Below, piece after piece: positions 1 to 9,327 of a stretch of DNA of 35,640 nucleotides; the stretch's first letter is position 1; each line of letters starts with the position of its first letter. The notes below the pieces were generated by a model, which was given only the letters and a program-made list of their open reading frames with translations, ran no database searches and was not told the origin of the DNA. The translations under genes and the position numbers were made by a program. The stretch spans positions 1 to 35,640 of the forward strand of contig CAZHQS010000004.1 of NCBI GenBank assembly GCA_964534545.1. Reading direction: 5' to 3'. This DNA comes from Candidatus Hydrothermarchaeota archaeon (GTDB lineage Archaea > Hydrothermarchaeota > Hydrothermarchaeia > Hydrothermarchaeales > JAADFM01).

Positions 1-38
1 CACTGCCCAAGGGGTATGAATCCGTCTGGAATATGCAC
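1..38 (-). CDS. ECF-type Ni/Co transporter S component (NikM/CbiM family), 5' end only; runs off the window edge
   Basis: Not in the ORF track. Reverse strand reads GTG CAT ATT CCA GAC GGA TTC ATA CCC CTT GGG CAG = MHIPDGFIPLGQ, the NikM/CbiM N-terminal metal-binding signature. RBS GGAGGT at 45-50. Confidence 0.85.
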   Translation of the reverse strand, partial: MHIPDGFIPLGQ

Positions 39-59
39 TGGGTTACCTCCTGTCAAATG

Positions 60-89
60 GTAATATTATTTTAAAAAAAGTAATATTAT
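60..89. promoter_or_regulatory. Possible NikR-type operator/promoter region of the nikM-like gene
   Basis: GTAATATTAT occurs at 60-69 and 80-89 and contains the GTAATA half-site seen at the nikR operator. The inverted arrangement has an 18-nt spacer, not 16. Confidence 0.4.
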
Positions 90-369
90 ATATAGTTTGC
101 TCAATCTATTCTTTCATCCTCAGAAGTAGCGTCTCTCCTTTATGGTCCCCTTCATCTCAGGTTTTTAATTTTCGGGAGGCAATGACTTTTGCCTTTGCAA
201 GGTCTGAGTCCCCCGGTTCATTTTTCAGTGCCATAGTCCACCACCTGGACCACTAACATGATAAAGGAAATCAGTCTATCCCCTTCCCATGGAGGTTATG
301 GAGGATTTCAGGAACGTGATGATCCGAGAGCGGTTCTTGGCCAAAGCCTACTATACTTTTTGCAAACGT

Positions 370-390
370 TAATTACCGTTATGGTAATTA
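370..390. promoter_or_regulatory. Inverted repeat, probable autoregulatory operator of the AbiE-like pair
   Basis: TAATTACC-gttat-GGTAATTA, perfect 8-bp arms, just upstream of the RBS and ATG at 402. Confidence 0.5.
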
Positions 391-401
391 TGAGAGGATA
401 C

Positions 402-1010
402 ATGAAATTGTATGGCTGGATGCACGAAGCCTTTGGGGCCAGGGAGTTCACAATAGATGATTTCAGGGCGGTTTTCCCCAGCCCTCAGCCTGCAAAGGTG
501 ATGCACGATTTGGTCAGATTGAACTATGTGGACAGGGTAAAAAGGGGAAGATACAGGGTCGTGCCTCCTGAAAGGTTCGTTGAAAGGATAGTGGAAGAAA
601 ACATGAAGCAGGAGGATATTTTGAAAGTGGCAACCAGGAGATATGCCTACTGCGACAATGACGCCGTGAGCATCTGGACCGAGGGGTACTACTGGACCGG
701 ATTCACGGCAGGGTTCAAGCCCATCCACATCAAAGTCTTGGAAAAGGACTTGGAGTGGTGGGAGGGTTTTTTCAAGAAAAACGATGTCGAGTATTCAATT
801 GCAGGGGAGCATAGGACACTGTTCGGCTTGTCATATATTTTGCATCCCGAGAAGAGATTCAGGATGGAAATGAAGGACGGCACGCCAACAGTACCTTTGA
901 GGGAGACGATAGAATTCTGCAGGAAAAATGAATTGGCATACAGACCGGCCTTGGAATATCTGGACAAGCGATTCCATTTGAACTTGTTTGAAATTCATGA
1001 GCATCTGTAA
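402..1010 (+). CDS. AbiEi-like antitoxin / winged-helix transcriptional regulator
   Basis: N-terminal wHTH-like pattern (FTIDDF...MHDLVRLNYVDRVKRGRY), directly upstream of a nucleotidyltransferase. Start moved from 258 to ATG 402, which follows GAGAGGA. Confidence 0.55.
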   Translation: MKLYGWMHEAFGAREFTIDDFRAVFPSPQPAKVMHDLVRLNYVDRVKRGRYRVVPPERFVERIVEENMKQEDILKVATRRYAYCDNDAVSIWTEGYYWTGFTAGFKPIHIKVLEKDLEWWEGFFKKNDVEYSIAGEHRTLFGLSYILHPEKRFRMEMKDGTPTVPLRETIEFCRKNELAYRPALEYLDKRFHLNLFEIHEHL

Positions 1011-1020
1011 GGGTGGTTGA

Positions 1021-1731
1021 TTGAGAGAGCAGATTAAGCAGAGGGAAGCGAAGTGTTTCGAGTTCCTGAAGGCGGTCCCAAAGACCAGGAAGTATGTTTT
1101 GGTGGGCGGGTATGCCGTCTCTTCCTTTCGTTTTCCCAGGCTTTCGGTTGATCTGGATATCGTGATACCAGAGAAGGAGCTGGAGTTCTTCAGGGGCCTC
1201 CTGAAGGAGCAGGGGTTTGTCCTGACAGGCCAGAAATCGGATTTCGATGAGACATACGCCGGAAGGTTCGAGAAATACAGGAGAGACGAAGAGCTGCCTG
1301 TCAGTGTCGATCTTTTGGTAAATTCCGTCCAGGCAAGGCAGACAGGTTACGCCTATTCTTTTGCCTATGTTTCAAGGAACTCGGAAATCAGGGAGATAAG
1401 GGGATGGCATCCTGGGGTCAGGGCCGAGGCAAGAACGGCCGACAGGGAGATGCTGATAGCCCTGAAGGCAAATTCCATGAGGTCTGCTGACAAAAGAGAC
1501 ATAATCATGCTGTGCTACGATAAGCCTGACGTGGAAAAGATCACCGCGCATTTGAAAGGATGCCCGAAGGAGACCATACTCCGGCACATCAATGACCTGA
1601 AAAAGACCCTGGAGGACCCGGGGCAGTCGGATGCGATAAAGGGGGTCTTCACGATAACCGACAAGGTCCTGGAAAGGGCAAAAGGCAATTGCCTGGATGT
1701 TATCGAGAAAATCCAAAAAGGGCTGGAGTAA
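1021..1731 (+). CDS. Pol-beta-superfamily nucleotidyltransferase (AbiEii-like toxin)
   Basis: LVGGYAV...RLSVDLDIV (GG plus DxD motif) and C-terminal K...RSADKRD. Confidence 0.7.
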   Translation: MREQIKQREAKCFEFLKAVPKTRKYVLVGGYAVSSFRFPRLSVDLDIVIPEKELEFFRGLLKEQGFVLTGQKSDFDETYAGRFEKYRRDEELPVSVDLLVNSVQARQTGYAYSFAYVSRNSEIREIRGWHPGVRAEARTADREMLIALKANSMRSADKRDIIMLCYDKPDVEKITAHLKGCPKETILRHINDLKKTLEDPGQSDAIKGVFTITDKVLERAKGNCLDVIEKIQKGLE

Positions 1732-1809
1732 TGCCCTAACTGTAAATGGCGATATTTGGAGTTATAGGGTTAATATATGACCTCCCCATTTTTAACTGCT
1801 GTCTGCTTA

Positions 1810-2002
1810 CTAGTCCATCCCCTTCCCCGTCGAGCTCATCACCAGCTTGCCGTGCTTGACATCCCGGGCGCTTATCAGGCTGTCGGCCAGATCCTTTATC
1901 TCTCTGGCATCCCCCCGGATGACCAGAACCTCCAGGATCTTATCGAAGCGCCCCATGAGCCTGGGGGGAGAAGGTCACACTGAACCTGGCCACCTTTTCC
2001 AT
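1810..2002 (-). pseudogene. nikR: nikR pseudogene with internal deletion and +1 frameshift
   Basis: [13 protein letters not shown](+1)RLMGRFD is joined to [41 protein letters not shown], matching both ends of nikR at 13315-13734; 193 nt versus 420 nt. Confidence 0.92.
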
Positions 2003-2018
2003 AAATATGACGTATTAA

Positions 2019-2046
2019 GTAATACTATTTAAAGTTATTGTATTAT
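2019..2046. promoter_or_regulatory. Relic NikR operator upstream of the nikR pseudogene
   Basis: GTAATA-N16-TATTAT, one arm mismatch from the site at 13750-13777; overlaps the cbiJ stop codon. Confidence 0.7.
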
Positions 2047-2799
2047 TTTATCCAGGTCCTCCACCCGGGATACCACCACAGGATAATCTAGCTTCGGCCT
2101 ATCAATGACCATGACTTTCACTCCCATCTCCCTGGCCGCTTCTATCTTCTCAGGAAAACCCCCCTCGGCGCCGCTCTCCTTGGTCACCAGGCAGTCGCAG
2201 TTGAATTTTTTCAGGTGGGCCAGGTTGTCCTCCCTGCTGAAGGGCCCCACGGCCGCTATGATGTTTTCTCTGGGGAGGCCAAGGGATAGGGCCTTTTCGA
2301 CGATATCCGGGGTGTAGAGTACCCTGGCGAAAAGTTCCTTGTTCCTGGCCCCGGCCTCTTTTACGAAGAGTTCCAGGTTGTTTGTCCCAGCGGTGTAGAG
2401 GATGCGCTCCCCCTCTTCGAAGGCCCTTTTGGCTGCCGTCTTGAAGTCAGGGGAGGGGACGATGTCGTCTCCTTCTACCTTAACCGAGGGCCTCTCGAAC
2501 CTGATGTACCTGGCCCCGGTCTTCTCAGCGGCGGCCATGGCGTTCTTTGATACCTCCACGGCGAAGGGATGGGATGCGTCGATGACAGTGGTAATGCCGT
2601 TGCCCTCTATTAGCCCCTCCATGGCCTCCCTGTCCAGGGGTCCTTTTTCTACGACATCCGCCCCGGCCTCCTTCGCGAGGGCAGCGCCGTAATCCGTAGT
2701 AGCAGAGGCCAGGACAAAGGCCCCCGCCCCCTTGAGGTGCCCTATGACCCTAGAGCCGTCTGATGTCCCGGAAATGACCCAAACCCTATCCGATTTCAT
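2035..2799 (-). CDS. cbiJ: Cobalt-precorrin-6A reductase
   Basis: SGTSDG, IDASHPFA, YIRFERP, LVTKESG, VIDRP motifs; likely start ATG 2799. Confidence 0.93.
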   Translation of the reverse strand: MKSDRVWVISGTSDGSRVIGHLKGAGAFVLASATTDYGAALAKEAGADVVEKGPLDREAMEGLIEGNGITTVIDASHPFAVEVSKNAMAAAEKTGARYIRFERPSVKVEGDDIVPSPDFKTAAKRAFEEGERILYTAGTNNLELFVKEAGARNKELFARVLYTPDIVEKALSLGLPRENIIAAVGPFSREDNLAHLKKFNCDCLVTKESGAEGGFPEKIEAAREMGVKVMVIDRPKLDYPVVVSRVEDLDKIIQ

Positions 2800-3535
2800 A
2801 CTTCGACCCATACCCCCTGGGGGTTACCATCCAGCCGTCAAAGACAAAGGTCTCCGAGTTGCCTATTATGACCGTGGAGCGCATGTCGACATCTGACTCT
2901 TTGAGCCTTTCCAGGGTGGTTATCTCCACGGACTCCCCCTTGCGGCTGGCATTTCTCACGATTCCGGCAGGGGTCTCCGGCCCCCTGTGTTCCAGGACGA
3001 TCTCCACTGCGCGGCCGAGCTGCCAGTCCCGCTTTTTACTTTTTGGGTTATAGAGGCAGATGACGAAATCCCCTGACGCTGCCGCCTCCAGCCTCTTCTC
3101 GATGACATCCCAGGGGGTCAGCAGGTCCGAGAGACTTATGACCGCGAAGTCGTGGCCTAAGGGGGAGCCCAGGCGGGCCGAGGCTGCGTTGGCGGAGGTG
3201 ACCCCGGGGATGACCTCCACCTCGACGGGGAGGCCCTTCTCCTTGAGGTATTCCAGGACGATGCTCGCCATGGCATAGATGCCCGGGTCCCCGCTTGAGA
3301 CCACTGCCACTTTCTTTCCTGCCAGGGCCAGCTCGACGGATTCCCCGGCCCTCTCCACCTCTCTCATCATACCGCTTGAGACTATCTCCTTATCTTCAAT
3401 GATGTCCTTCACCAGGTCCAGGTAGGTGGTGTACCCCACCACTGTGTCGCACTCCCTCAGGGCATCCAGGGCCCGTCCCGTCATGTGCTCCCTGCTTCCG
3501 GGACCGATTCCGACGAGATAGATTTTCCCTGCCAT
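2786..3535 (-). CDS. cbiH: Cobalt-precorrin-3 C17-methyltransferase
   Basis: VGIGPG, VVGYTTY, SSGDPGIYAM, HDFAVISLSDLLTPW, LYNPKS, VTPRGY. Confidence 0.95.
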   Translation of the reverse strand: MAGKIYLVGIGPGSREHMTGRALDALRECDTVVGYTTYLDLVKDIIEDKEIVSSGMMREVERAGESVELALAGKKVAVVSSGDPGIYAMASIVLEYLKEKGLPVEVEVIPGVTSANAASARLGSPLGHDFAVISLSDLLTPWDVIEKRLEAAASGDFVICLYNPKSKKRDWQLGRAVEIVLEHRGPETPAGIVRNASRKGESVEITTLERLKESDVDMRSTVIIGNSETFVFDGWMVTPRGYGSKYEIG

Positions 3536-3536
3536 T

Positions 3537-4568
3537 TTATTCGATCCTCCCTATGGCCACCGTCACACCGTCAAACTTCTGCTTTTTCGCAACGAGGCGG
3601 GACCCTTCCCTGGCCAGGACGCCGCAGGGCTCCGAGACCGCCCCCACCCCGATCTTCTCCTTTACGAATTCCGAGGTCTCAAAATCTCCCTCGACTTTTA
3701 TAATGTCCTCCTTTGGTATGCTGTGAAGGGGGACCCCCAGGGCCTCCGCCGCCTGGATGATGCCCGGCTCCTTAGCCTTCATATCAATGGTAGAGATGGC
3801 CCCGAGACTGTCAATGCTCAAGGACGCCGAGGCAAAGGCCCTCCTTATGGCTTCCAGGACCGCTTCTTTTCCCACCCCTTTTCTGGCGCCCACCCCTGCT
3901 GTGAGGCTGGGGGGCCTCAGGAAGATGTGGGGCAGTTTTACACCTTCCATTAGGCGGTCCGTGATTATTATGGCGGCCTCGGTCTCTGTCCCGGGGAGGT
4001 CGTCAATCCGGAATACAGGGATGCCCCCTGCCCCTTTGACCCTATCCCCATAATCTGAAAACATCCCCACCTTATCACCATTGACGATGGCCGAGTTCAC
4101 CGCCGTCAGGTCCCCTTCCCCGACCTTCCATCCCTTCTCCTTGGCGATCCCCTCCACCGACGGCAGGCCCAGGACATCGGTGGCGGTGGTGATGACCGGC
4201 ACGGCCCCCAGACCCTTGGCTATCCCTTCTGCAAGGTCGTTGGCGCCACCGAGGTGGCCCGAGAGGACACTTATGGAGTACTTCCCGGCCTCGTCCACGC
4301 AGACCACCGCCGGGTCGGTCCTTTTGTCTTTCGGGAGGCCGGAGATGGACCGGACCACAATCCCCAGCGCCATGACAAAGACCAGGGCGTCGTATTCCTT
4401 GAAGACCCTTGCCACGAAATCCGAGAGGGGCAGGGACAGCTCCCCCTCGCCAGCGTCCTTGAACCTCGATGCCACGAACACGTCCACATCATGGTCCCCG
4501 AGGCATTCCCGGACCTCCCTGGCCCTTGCTGCGCCACCTTTTGTGAGGGCGATGACTGCTACCTTCAT
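3537..4568 (-). CDS. cbiG: Cobalt-precorrin-5A hydrolase
   Basis: MALGIVVR, KDKRTDPAVVCVDE, SGHLGGAN, VITTATD, GVGAVSEP. Confidence 0.95.
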   Translation of the reverse strand: MKVAVIALTKGGAARAREVRECLGDHDVDVFVASRFKDAGEGELSLPLSDFVARVFKEYDALVFVMALGIVVRSISGLPKDKRTDPAVVCVDEAGKYSISVLSGHLGGANDLAEGIAKGLGAVPVITTATDVLGLPSVEGIAKEKGWKVGEGDLTAVNSAIVNGDKVGMFSDYGDRVKGAGGIPVFRIDDLPGTETEAAIIITDRLMEGVKLPHIFLRPPSLTAGVGARKGVGKEAVLEAIRRAFASASLSIDSLGAISTIDMKAKEPGIIQAAEALGVPLHSIPKEDIIKVEGDFETSEFVKEKIGVGAVSEPCGVLAREGSRLVAKKQKFDGVTVAIGRIE

Positions 4569-5317
4569 CGTTCCCTCCTGAACCCGTGGCTGAACTTTTT
4601 TGAATAGAGCTTGGACCTTTTCCCTTTCTGGGCGAGGAAGTCCCCCACCAGGATGAGGGCGGTCTTCCTGATGCCCTGTTTTTTCACCTCACCTGCCACC
4701 TTATCCAGGGTCGTGATTATAACCTTCTCGTCGGGCCAGGTGGCCTTGTATACCACGGCCACCGGCGTGTCGGCATCGTATCCGGCCTTCAGCTCCTCCA
4801 CTACCTCATCAATCATGGAGGCGCTTAAGAATATGCAGAGGCTCGCCCGGTGCTTTGCCAGGTCTTTCAGGGCCTCCTCTTCTGGCACAGGGGTCCGGCC
4901 TGCAAGGCGCGTGACAATGACCGTCTGGGGTCCGCCGGGGACGGTAAACTCCTTCTTGAGAGCTGCGGCAGCAGCGGTAAAGGAGCTCACCCCGGGGATT
5001 ACTTCGTATTCTACGCCGGCCGCCTCCAGGAGCTCCATCTGCTCCCCTATTGCGCCGTAGATGCTGGGGTCCCCGGTGTGGAGCCGGGCCACCTTTTTCC
5101 CTGCCCCCACGGCTTCGAGGATTACCCTATGGGTCTCTTCCAGGGTCATGGTGGCGGAGTTGTGGACCTCTGCACCCTCTTTTGCGAACTCCAGGACTTC
5201 AGGGTTCACCAGGGAGCCTGCATATATCACTACATCGGCCTCCTCCAGGGCCTTTTTTCCCTTCAGGGTAAGAAGCTCCGGGTCCCCGGGACCTGCGCCG
5301 ATGAAGGTGACCTGCAT
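4565..5317 (-). CDS. cbiF: Cobalt-precorrin-4 C11-methyltransferase
   Basis: IGAGPGDPELLT, YAGSLV, RLHTGDPSIYGAIGEQ, YKATWPDE, SKLY. Confidence 0.95.
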   Translation of the reverse strand: MQVTFIGAGPGDPELLTLKGKKALEEADVVIYAGSLVNPEVLEFAKEGAEVHNSATMTLEETHRVILEAVGAGKKVARLHTGDPSIYGAIGEQMELLEAAGVEYEVIPGVSSFTAAAAALKKEFTVPGGPQTVIVTRLAGRTPVPEEEALKDLAKHRASLCIFLSASMIDEVVEELKAGYDADTPVAVVYKATWPDEKVIITTLDKVAGEVKKQGIRKTALILVGDFLAQKGKRSKLYSKKFSHGFRRER

Positions 5318-5322
5318 CTTGA

Positions 5323-6021
5323 CTACCTCTTAATCACTATCATGGACATGAAGTCCACCTTCTCCTCCCGGACATCCACCAGGGGCATGGTGACGAACCC
5401 TTCCCGGCCGCACCTGGAGAACAAGGTGGCGTTGTCCAGGAGTCCCATCTCTTCGAGGTCGTCTCTGATCCTGGAGAAGCTCCGGGACACCTTCATGAGG
5501 ACCACGGTGTCAAAGGTCCCGGCGATTTCCTGAAGGTCGGCGATGCCGTACTCCGCCGGGATTACCGCCAGTCTGCCGTTTCCCTCCACCAGGGGGGCGT
5601 TGATGCCTCCCATACAGGAGAGGGGGGAGGCCACCCCCGGGACGGTCTCTATCTCGATCTCGGGGTGGTCGTTCTGAATGATCTTCATGACGTAGGCGAA
5701 AGTGGAGTAGAAGGTGGGGTCCCCGATGGTAACGAAGGCCACGTCCTTTCCCTTCTCCAGATGGGGATATATCTCCCCTGCGGCCCTTGCCCAGTGCTCT
5801 TCCAGGACCGCCCGGTCCCTGCTCATGGGAAAGAGGGGCGTTATCACCTCTGGCATTCTATCCAGGACCTTCTCCACGATGCCCAGGGCTATGCTCCTGC
5901 GCCCCTCCTTCGAGATAGGGGAGCATATCACATCCACAGTCTCAAGGACCTCCTTTGCCTTCAGGGTCAAGAGTCCGGGGTCCCCCGGTCCGAGCCCTAT
6001 GCCATAGAATTTACCTGTCAT
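5323..6021 (-). CDS. cbiL: Cobalt-precorrin-2 (factor II) C20-methyltransferase
   Basis: GIGLGPGDPGLLTLKA, FPM, TIGDPTFYSTF, VLMKV; start ATG 6021 overlaps the cbiT stop (ATGA). Confidence 0.93.
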   Translation of the reverse strand: MTGKFYGIGLGPGDPGLLTLKAKEVLETVDVICSPISKEGRRSIALGIVEKVLDRMPEVITPLFPMSRDRAVLEEHWARAAGEIYPHLEKGKDVAFVTIGDPTFYSTFAYVMKIIQNDHPEIEIETVPGVASPLSCMGGINAPLVEGNGRLAVIPAEYGIADLQEIAGTFDTVVLMKVSRSFSRIRDDLEEMGLLDNATLFSRCGREGFVTMPLVDVREEKVDFMSMIVIKR

Positions 6022-6596
6022 TGCCCCAACCTCGCCAACGATATGATGAAAACAGGGTTCAGCGCCCTCATCAAACCTCTCTCGTCCATCCTGCTCACCT
6101 GGACCTGGACCACCTCTGGGTGGAGCCCTTCCGGGACGTGGTCTAAAACCCTTTTCAGGGTATCGATGGAGACGGCATTGACCACTATGATGCCGTCGCC
6201 GGTGAGCTTCCTGGCACATGCGTCAAGGATCTCCTCGATCCTGCCGCCGCTGCCGCCGATGATGATCCTGTCTGCCTGGGGCAGCCCCTCAAGGGCCTCC
6301 GGGGCCTCCCCCTCCACCACATCCACGGTGGTAAGGCCGAACTTGGAAACGTTCTGTCTTATCAAATCAAGGGCCTCTGACCTCCTCTCTATGGAATAAA
6401 CCCTACCCTCCGCTGCAAGGTAGGCGGCCTCCACGGTTATGGAACCTGTGCCTGCCCCCACGTCGTATATAATGGAATCCCTTTTTATCCTGGCCTTGGA
6501 GAGGGTCACGGTCCTCACCTCCTCCTTGGTCATCGGAACGGAGTTCCGCTCGAAGAACCTGTCCGGTATGCCCGGGGTGGCAAAATCCCATTTCAT
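6018..6596 (-). CDS. cbiT: Cobalt-precorrin-6B C15-methyltransferase (decarboxylating)
   Basis: PMTKEEVR, YDVGAGTGSIT, GEAPEAL, IIGGSGG, NPVFII. Confidence 0.95.
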   Translation of the reverse strand: MKWDFATPGIPDRFFERNSVPMTKEEVRTVTLSKARIKRDSIIYDVGAGTGSITVEAAYLAAEGRVYSIERRSEALDLIRQNVSKFGLTTVDVVEGEAPEALEGLPQADRIIIGGSGGRIEEILDACARKLTGDGIIVVNAVSIDTLKRVLDHVPEGLHPEVVQVQVSRMDERGLMRALNPVFIISLARLGQ

Positions 6597-7219
6597 AGGG
6601 CATCACCTATTATCATGATAGAAAGCGTGGCCTCTCCATCCTTCTCCCCAGCCAGTATCTTCAGGGTGGTCTTCACGACCCTCTCATTGGGGTAAGAAAG
6701 GTTTTCCAGTACCCACACCTCTCTGTTCACGACTCCACCCTTCAGGAGACTATGTGCTATCTTCTTTGGCGTATTGACATTGTCGGTCAGGATAGCTGCC
6801 TTTTTCGCTACTGAGACCCGGTCCGCGATATCGCCCACCTCTTTGCCGTGCAGCGACAGGAAGACCGCGTCCTCGAAGGTCTCCTTCATCCTGGCAAAGG
6901 CCAGCTGGATGGAGCCTATTCCCGGGATTACCTCCAGGGCATCAGGGCCGAACTCCCTTTTCAGTACAGGCAGGATGCTGAAGAGCCCCGGGTCCCCGGA
7001 GACCAGGACGGCCACCTTTCGGGCCCTGTTGCGCCTTATGAACTCCAGGGTCTCTGGGATGGATTTTATCCTGAAGGTCTCCTTTCCCATGTCCTCGAAA
7101 AGCTCCAGGGCCCTCTTGCCACCTACCAGCACGTGGGCCTCCTCCACGGCCTTTTGCGCCAGGGGTATGATGTAATCCCGGCTGCCCGGTCCTATGCCTA
7201 CCACAGATATCCTGCCCAT
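6593..7219 (-). CDS. cbiE: Cobalt-precorrin-7 C5-methyltransferase
   Basis: VGIGPG, VGGKR, SGDPGLFS, IPGIGSIQLA, SLHG, ENLSYPNER. Confidence 0.93.
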   Translation of the reverse strand: MGRISVVGIGPGSRDYIIPLAQKAVEEAHVLVGGKRALELFEDMGKETFRIKSIPETLEFIRRNRARKVAVLVSGDPGLFSILPVLKREFGPDALEVIPGIGSIQLAFARMKETFEDAVFLSLHGKEVGDIADRVSVAKKAAILTDNVNTPKKIAHSLLKGGVVNREVWVLENLSYPNERVVKTTLKILAGEKDGEATLSIMIIGDAL

Positions 7220-8319
7220 CTCGACCTCCTGGCCGCATCACACGCCCCGATTATCTCACCCTTCAAATCGAGGATGACCGCTGAAACATGGATACTCTCG
7301 CCCACCAGGTCCCCGCACCTCCTGGAAACCTCCCCCGCAATCCTGTCATAGACCTCCATGAGGCCGGCCCCCCTTACCACCTCCAGGGCCGCCTCGGCGG
7401 TCTTTGCCTCAAGGATATCATTGACTGCCTCCCTCGATGCCCCCATGGCCGCGGCATGGGCCGCGAGGATCTCGAGTTTCGCGTCCGCCACCTTCGAGTG
7501 GGTATTGAAAATCCCCCCCGCCACCTTTACGAGCTTGCCCTGGTGGCCGAAAAGCATGACCTCCTTTACCCCCTTCCGGGCGCACTCCTTCAACATGTAT
7601 CCCACATAGTTCCCCATCTGGACCACGGCATCCTCCGGGATTCCTCTCTCTAGGGCATTCCTCTCCCCGATGTTCCCGGGCACCAGGACCAGGCTCTCAA
7701 ACCCTGTCTCCAGGGCGATATCAATCTGGGGGACGAGGGAGCGCATGAAGGCATCGTCGGACCAAGGCTCCACTATGCCGGTGGTGCCGATGATGGAGAT
7801 GCCGCCCTCGATGCCGAGTTTGTGGTTGAGGGTCCTCCTGGCCAGTTCCTCACCACCTGGCACCGATATGGTCACCTCGGCCGAGGAGCCTTCCGGCAGG
7901 ACCTTACTGACCTCTGATTCGATCATCTTTCTGGGCACCGGGTTTATGGCTGCCTCCCCTACCCCTATCTCAAGGCCGGGTTTTGTCACCCTGCCGATAC
8001 CCTCGCCCCCCTTTATCCTGACTTCCCCCTTCCCGTCTTCTGTCAGCCTCACCCTTGCACAAACCATGGCACCGTCGGTGACGTCCGGGTCGTCCCCGGC
8101 GTCCTTTACCACACAGCATATTGCCCCATCATCCTTTTCCGAGCATTCAGCCACCTCCAGGGTTACCTCATCACCCCCGGGCAGGGTCACCTCCACCTCT
8201 TCCACCCTCTCCCCGAGCAGTCTGAAGACCGCTCCCTTGGCCGCAGCAGCAGCACAGGTCCCTGTGGTAAGGCCCCGCCTGAGGGTCTTCCCGTCCCTTT
8301 CAATCACCATCTGTACCAT
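7198..8319 (-). CDS. cbiD: Cobalt-precorrin-5B C1-methyltransferase
   Basis: GLTTGTCAAAAA, KDAGDDPDVT, AINPVPR, GIEGGISIIGTTGIV, GIFNTHS. Confidence 0.96.
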   Translation of the reverse strand: MVQMVIERDGKTLRRGLTTGTCAAAAAKGAVFRLLGERVEEVEVTLPGGDEVTLEVAECSEKDDGAICCVVKDAGDDPDVTDGAMVCARVRLTEDGKGEVRIKGGEGIGRVTKPGLEIGVGEAAINPVPRKMIESEVSKVLPEGSSAEVTISVPGGEELARRTLNHKLGIEGGISIIGTTGIVEPWSDDAFMRSLVPQIDIALETGFESLVLVPGNIGERNALERGIPEDAVVQMGNYVGYMLKECARKGVKEVMLFGHQGKLVKVAGGIFNTHSKVADAKLEILAAHAAAMGASREAVNDILEAKTAEAALEVVRGAGLMEVYDRIAGEVSRRCGDLVGESIHVSAVILDLKGEIIGACDAARRSRWAGYLW

Positions 8320-8923
8320 TTTCGCAAGCCAACCTCAACAGGGCATTTACAACAGCCGCCGCCACCGTGCTGCCACCCTTCCTCCCCCTGGTGACTATGG
8401 CCGGGACGTCGTATCCCAGTATCTCTTCCTTGGACTCTGCCGCCCCAACGAACCCCACCGGCACCCCCACCACCAAGGCGGGCGTAAGACCGTCTCCTAT
8501 CATGGCGCAGAGTTCGAAGAGGGCGGTGGGGGCGTTGCCAATGGCCACGATACTGCCCCGTATTTTTTCCTTGTTCAATCGGAAGGCCGCCGCAGAGCGG
8601 GTCATGTCCCTTTCTGCCGCCGATTCCTCGACCCCCTCCCCGTTCAGGAAACAAAGGGCCTGTGAACCGAATCTTTCCAGGTATTTCCGGCTGATGCCGG
8701 CCCTGACCATCTCCACGTCAGTTATGACCTTTGCCCCATCCTTAAGGGCCCTGACCCCTGCGCTTATGGGGTCGTTGTGGAAATAGAGGATGTCCTTGAA
8801 CTCGAAGTCCGCCGTGGCATGGATGACCCTCCTCACCACTGACCGTTCGGGTTCTTTCAATCCTCCTAGCTCTGATTCGATTATTCCAAAACTCTCCTTT
8901 TCAATCCTTTTTCCTGCCTTCAT
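8300..8923 (-). CDS. cbiC: Cobalt-precorrin-8 methylmutase
   Basis: RVIHATADF, TRSAA, AIGNAPTAL, PVGFVGAAESK, GRKGGS. Confidence 0.96.
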   Translation of the reverse strand: MKAGKRIEKESFGIIESELGGLKEPERSVVRRVIHATADFEFKDILYFHNDPISAGVRALKDGAKVITDVEMVRAGISRKYLERFGSQALCFLNGEGVEESAAERDMTRSAAAFRLNKEKIRGSIVAIGNAPTALFELCAMIGDGLTPALVVGVPVGFVGAAESKEEILGYDVPAIVTRGRKGGSTVAAAVVNALLRLACENGTDGD

Positions 8924-9327
8924 CCCAGGACCTCTTCTGCCCTGTCCAGGACGATGTCTGCCAGGCGCTCGTCTGCCCCCACGTGGTTGGCGTAGAGTAT
9001 CTGGACATCCTCGGGGACTTCCAGCTTCTGGTACCCGAACTCCGGGACCTCACCTTCCCTCAAGCCCAGAAGGATGGGGATGTCCTCTGTCACGTGGAGG
9101 CCCGGGAGGAGGAACAGGGGAACCACCACGATCCGCTTGAACCCTTCGTTGATGAGCCCCTGTACGGCCTCAATGAGATTCGGCTCATGGTGCTTCATGT
9201 AGGCGACCCTCACAGTGTAGCTGGATTTCCTGTCCGCAATCTCCACAACCCCTTCGTAGACCTCCTTGGTCACGGGGATCCTCGAGCCGTGGCCCACCAC
9301 TACGATTCCTGTTTTGTCTTCATTCAT
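8920..9327 (-). CDS. cbiX: Sirohydrochlorin cobaltochelatase, short archaeal form (CbiX-S)
   Basis: VVGHGSR and PLFLLPGLHVTEDIP; 135 aa; inside the cbi operon. Confidence 0.9.
   Translation of the reverse strand: MNEDKTGIVVVGHGSRIPVTKEVYEGVVEIADRKSSYTVRVAYMKHHEPNLIEAVQGLINEGFKRIVVVPLFLLPGLHVTEDIPILLGLREGEVPEFGYQKLEVPEDVQILYANHVGADERLADIVLDRAEEVLG

Noticed and set aside
8920-9327. CfbA nickel chelatase for coenzyme F430
   Set aside because: Same family, but the gene sits in a cobalt/corrin operon with no cfb genes in the window
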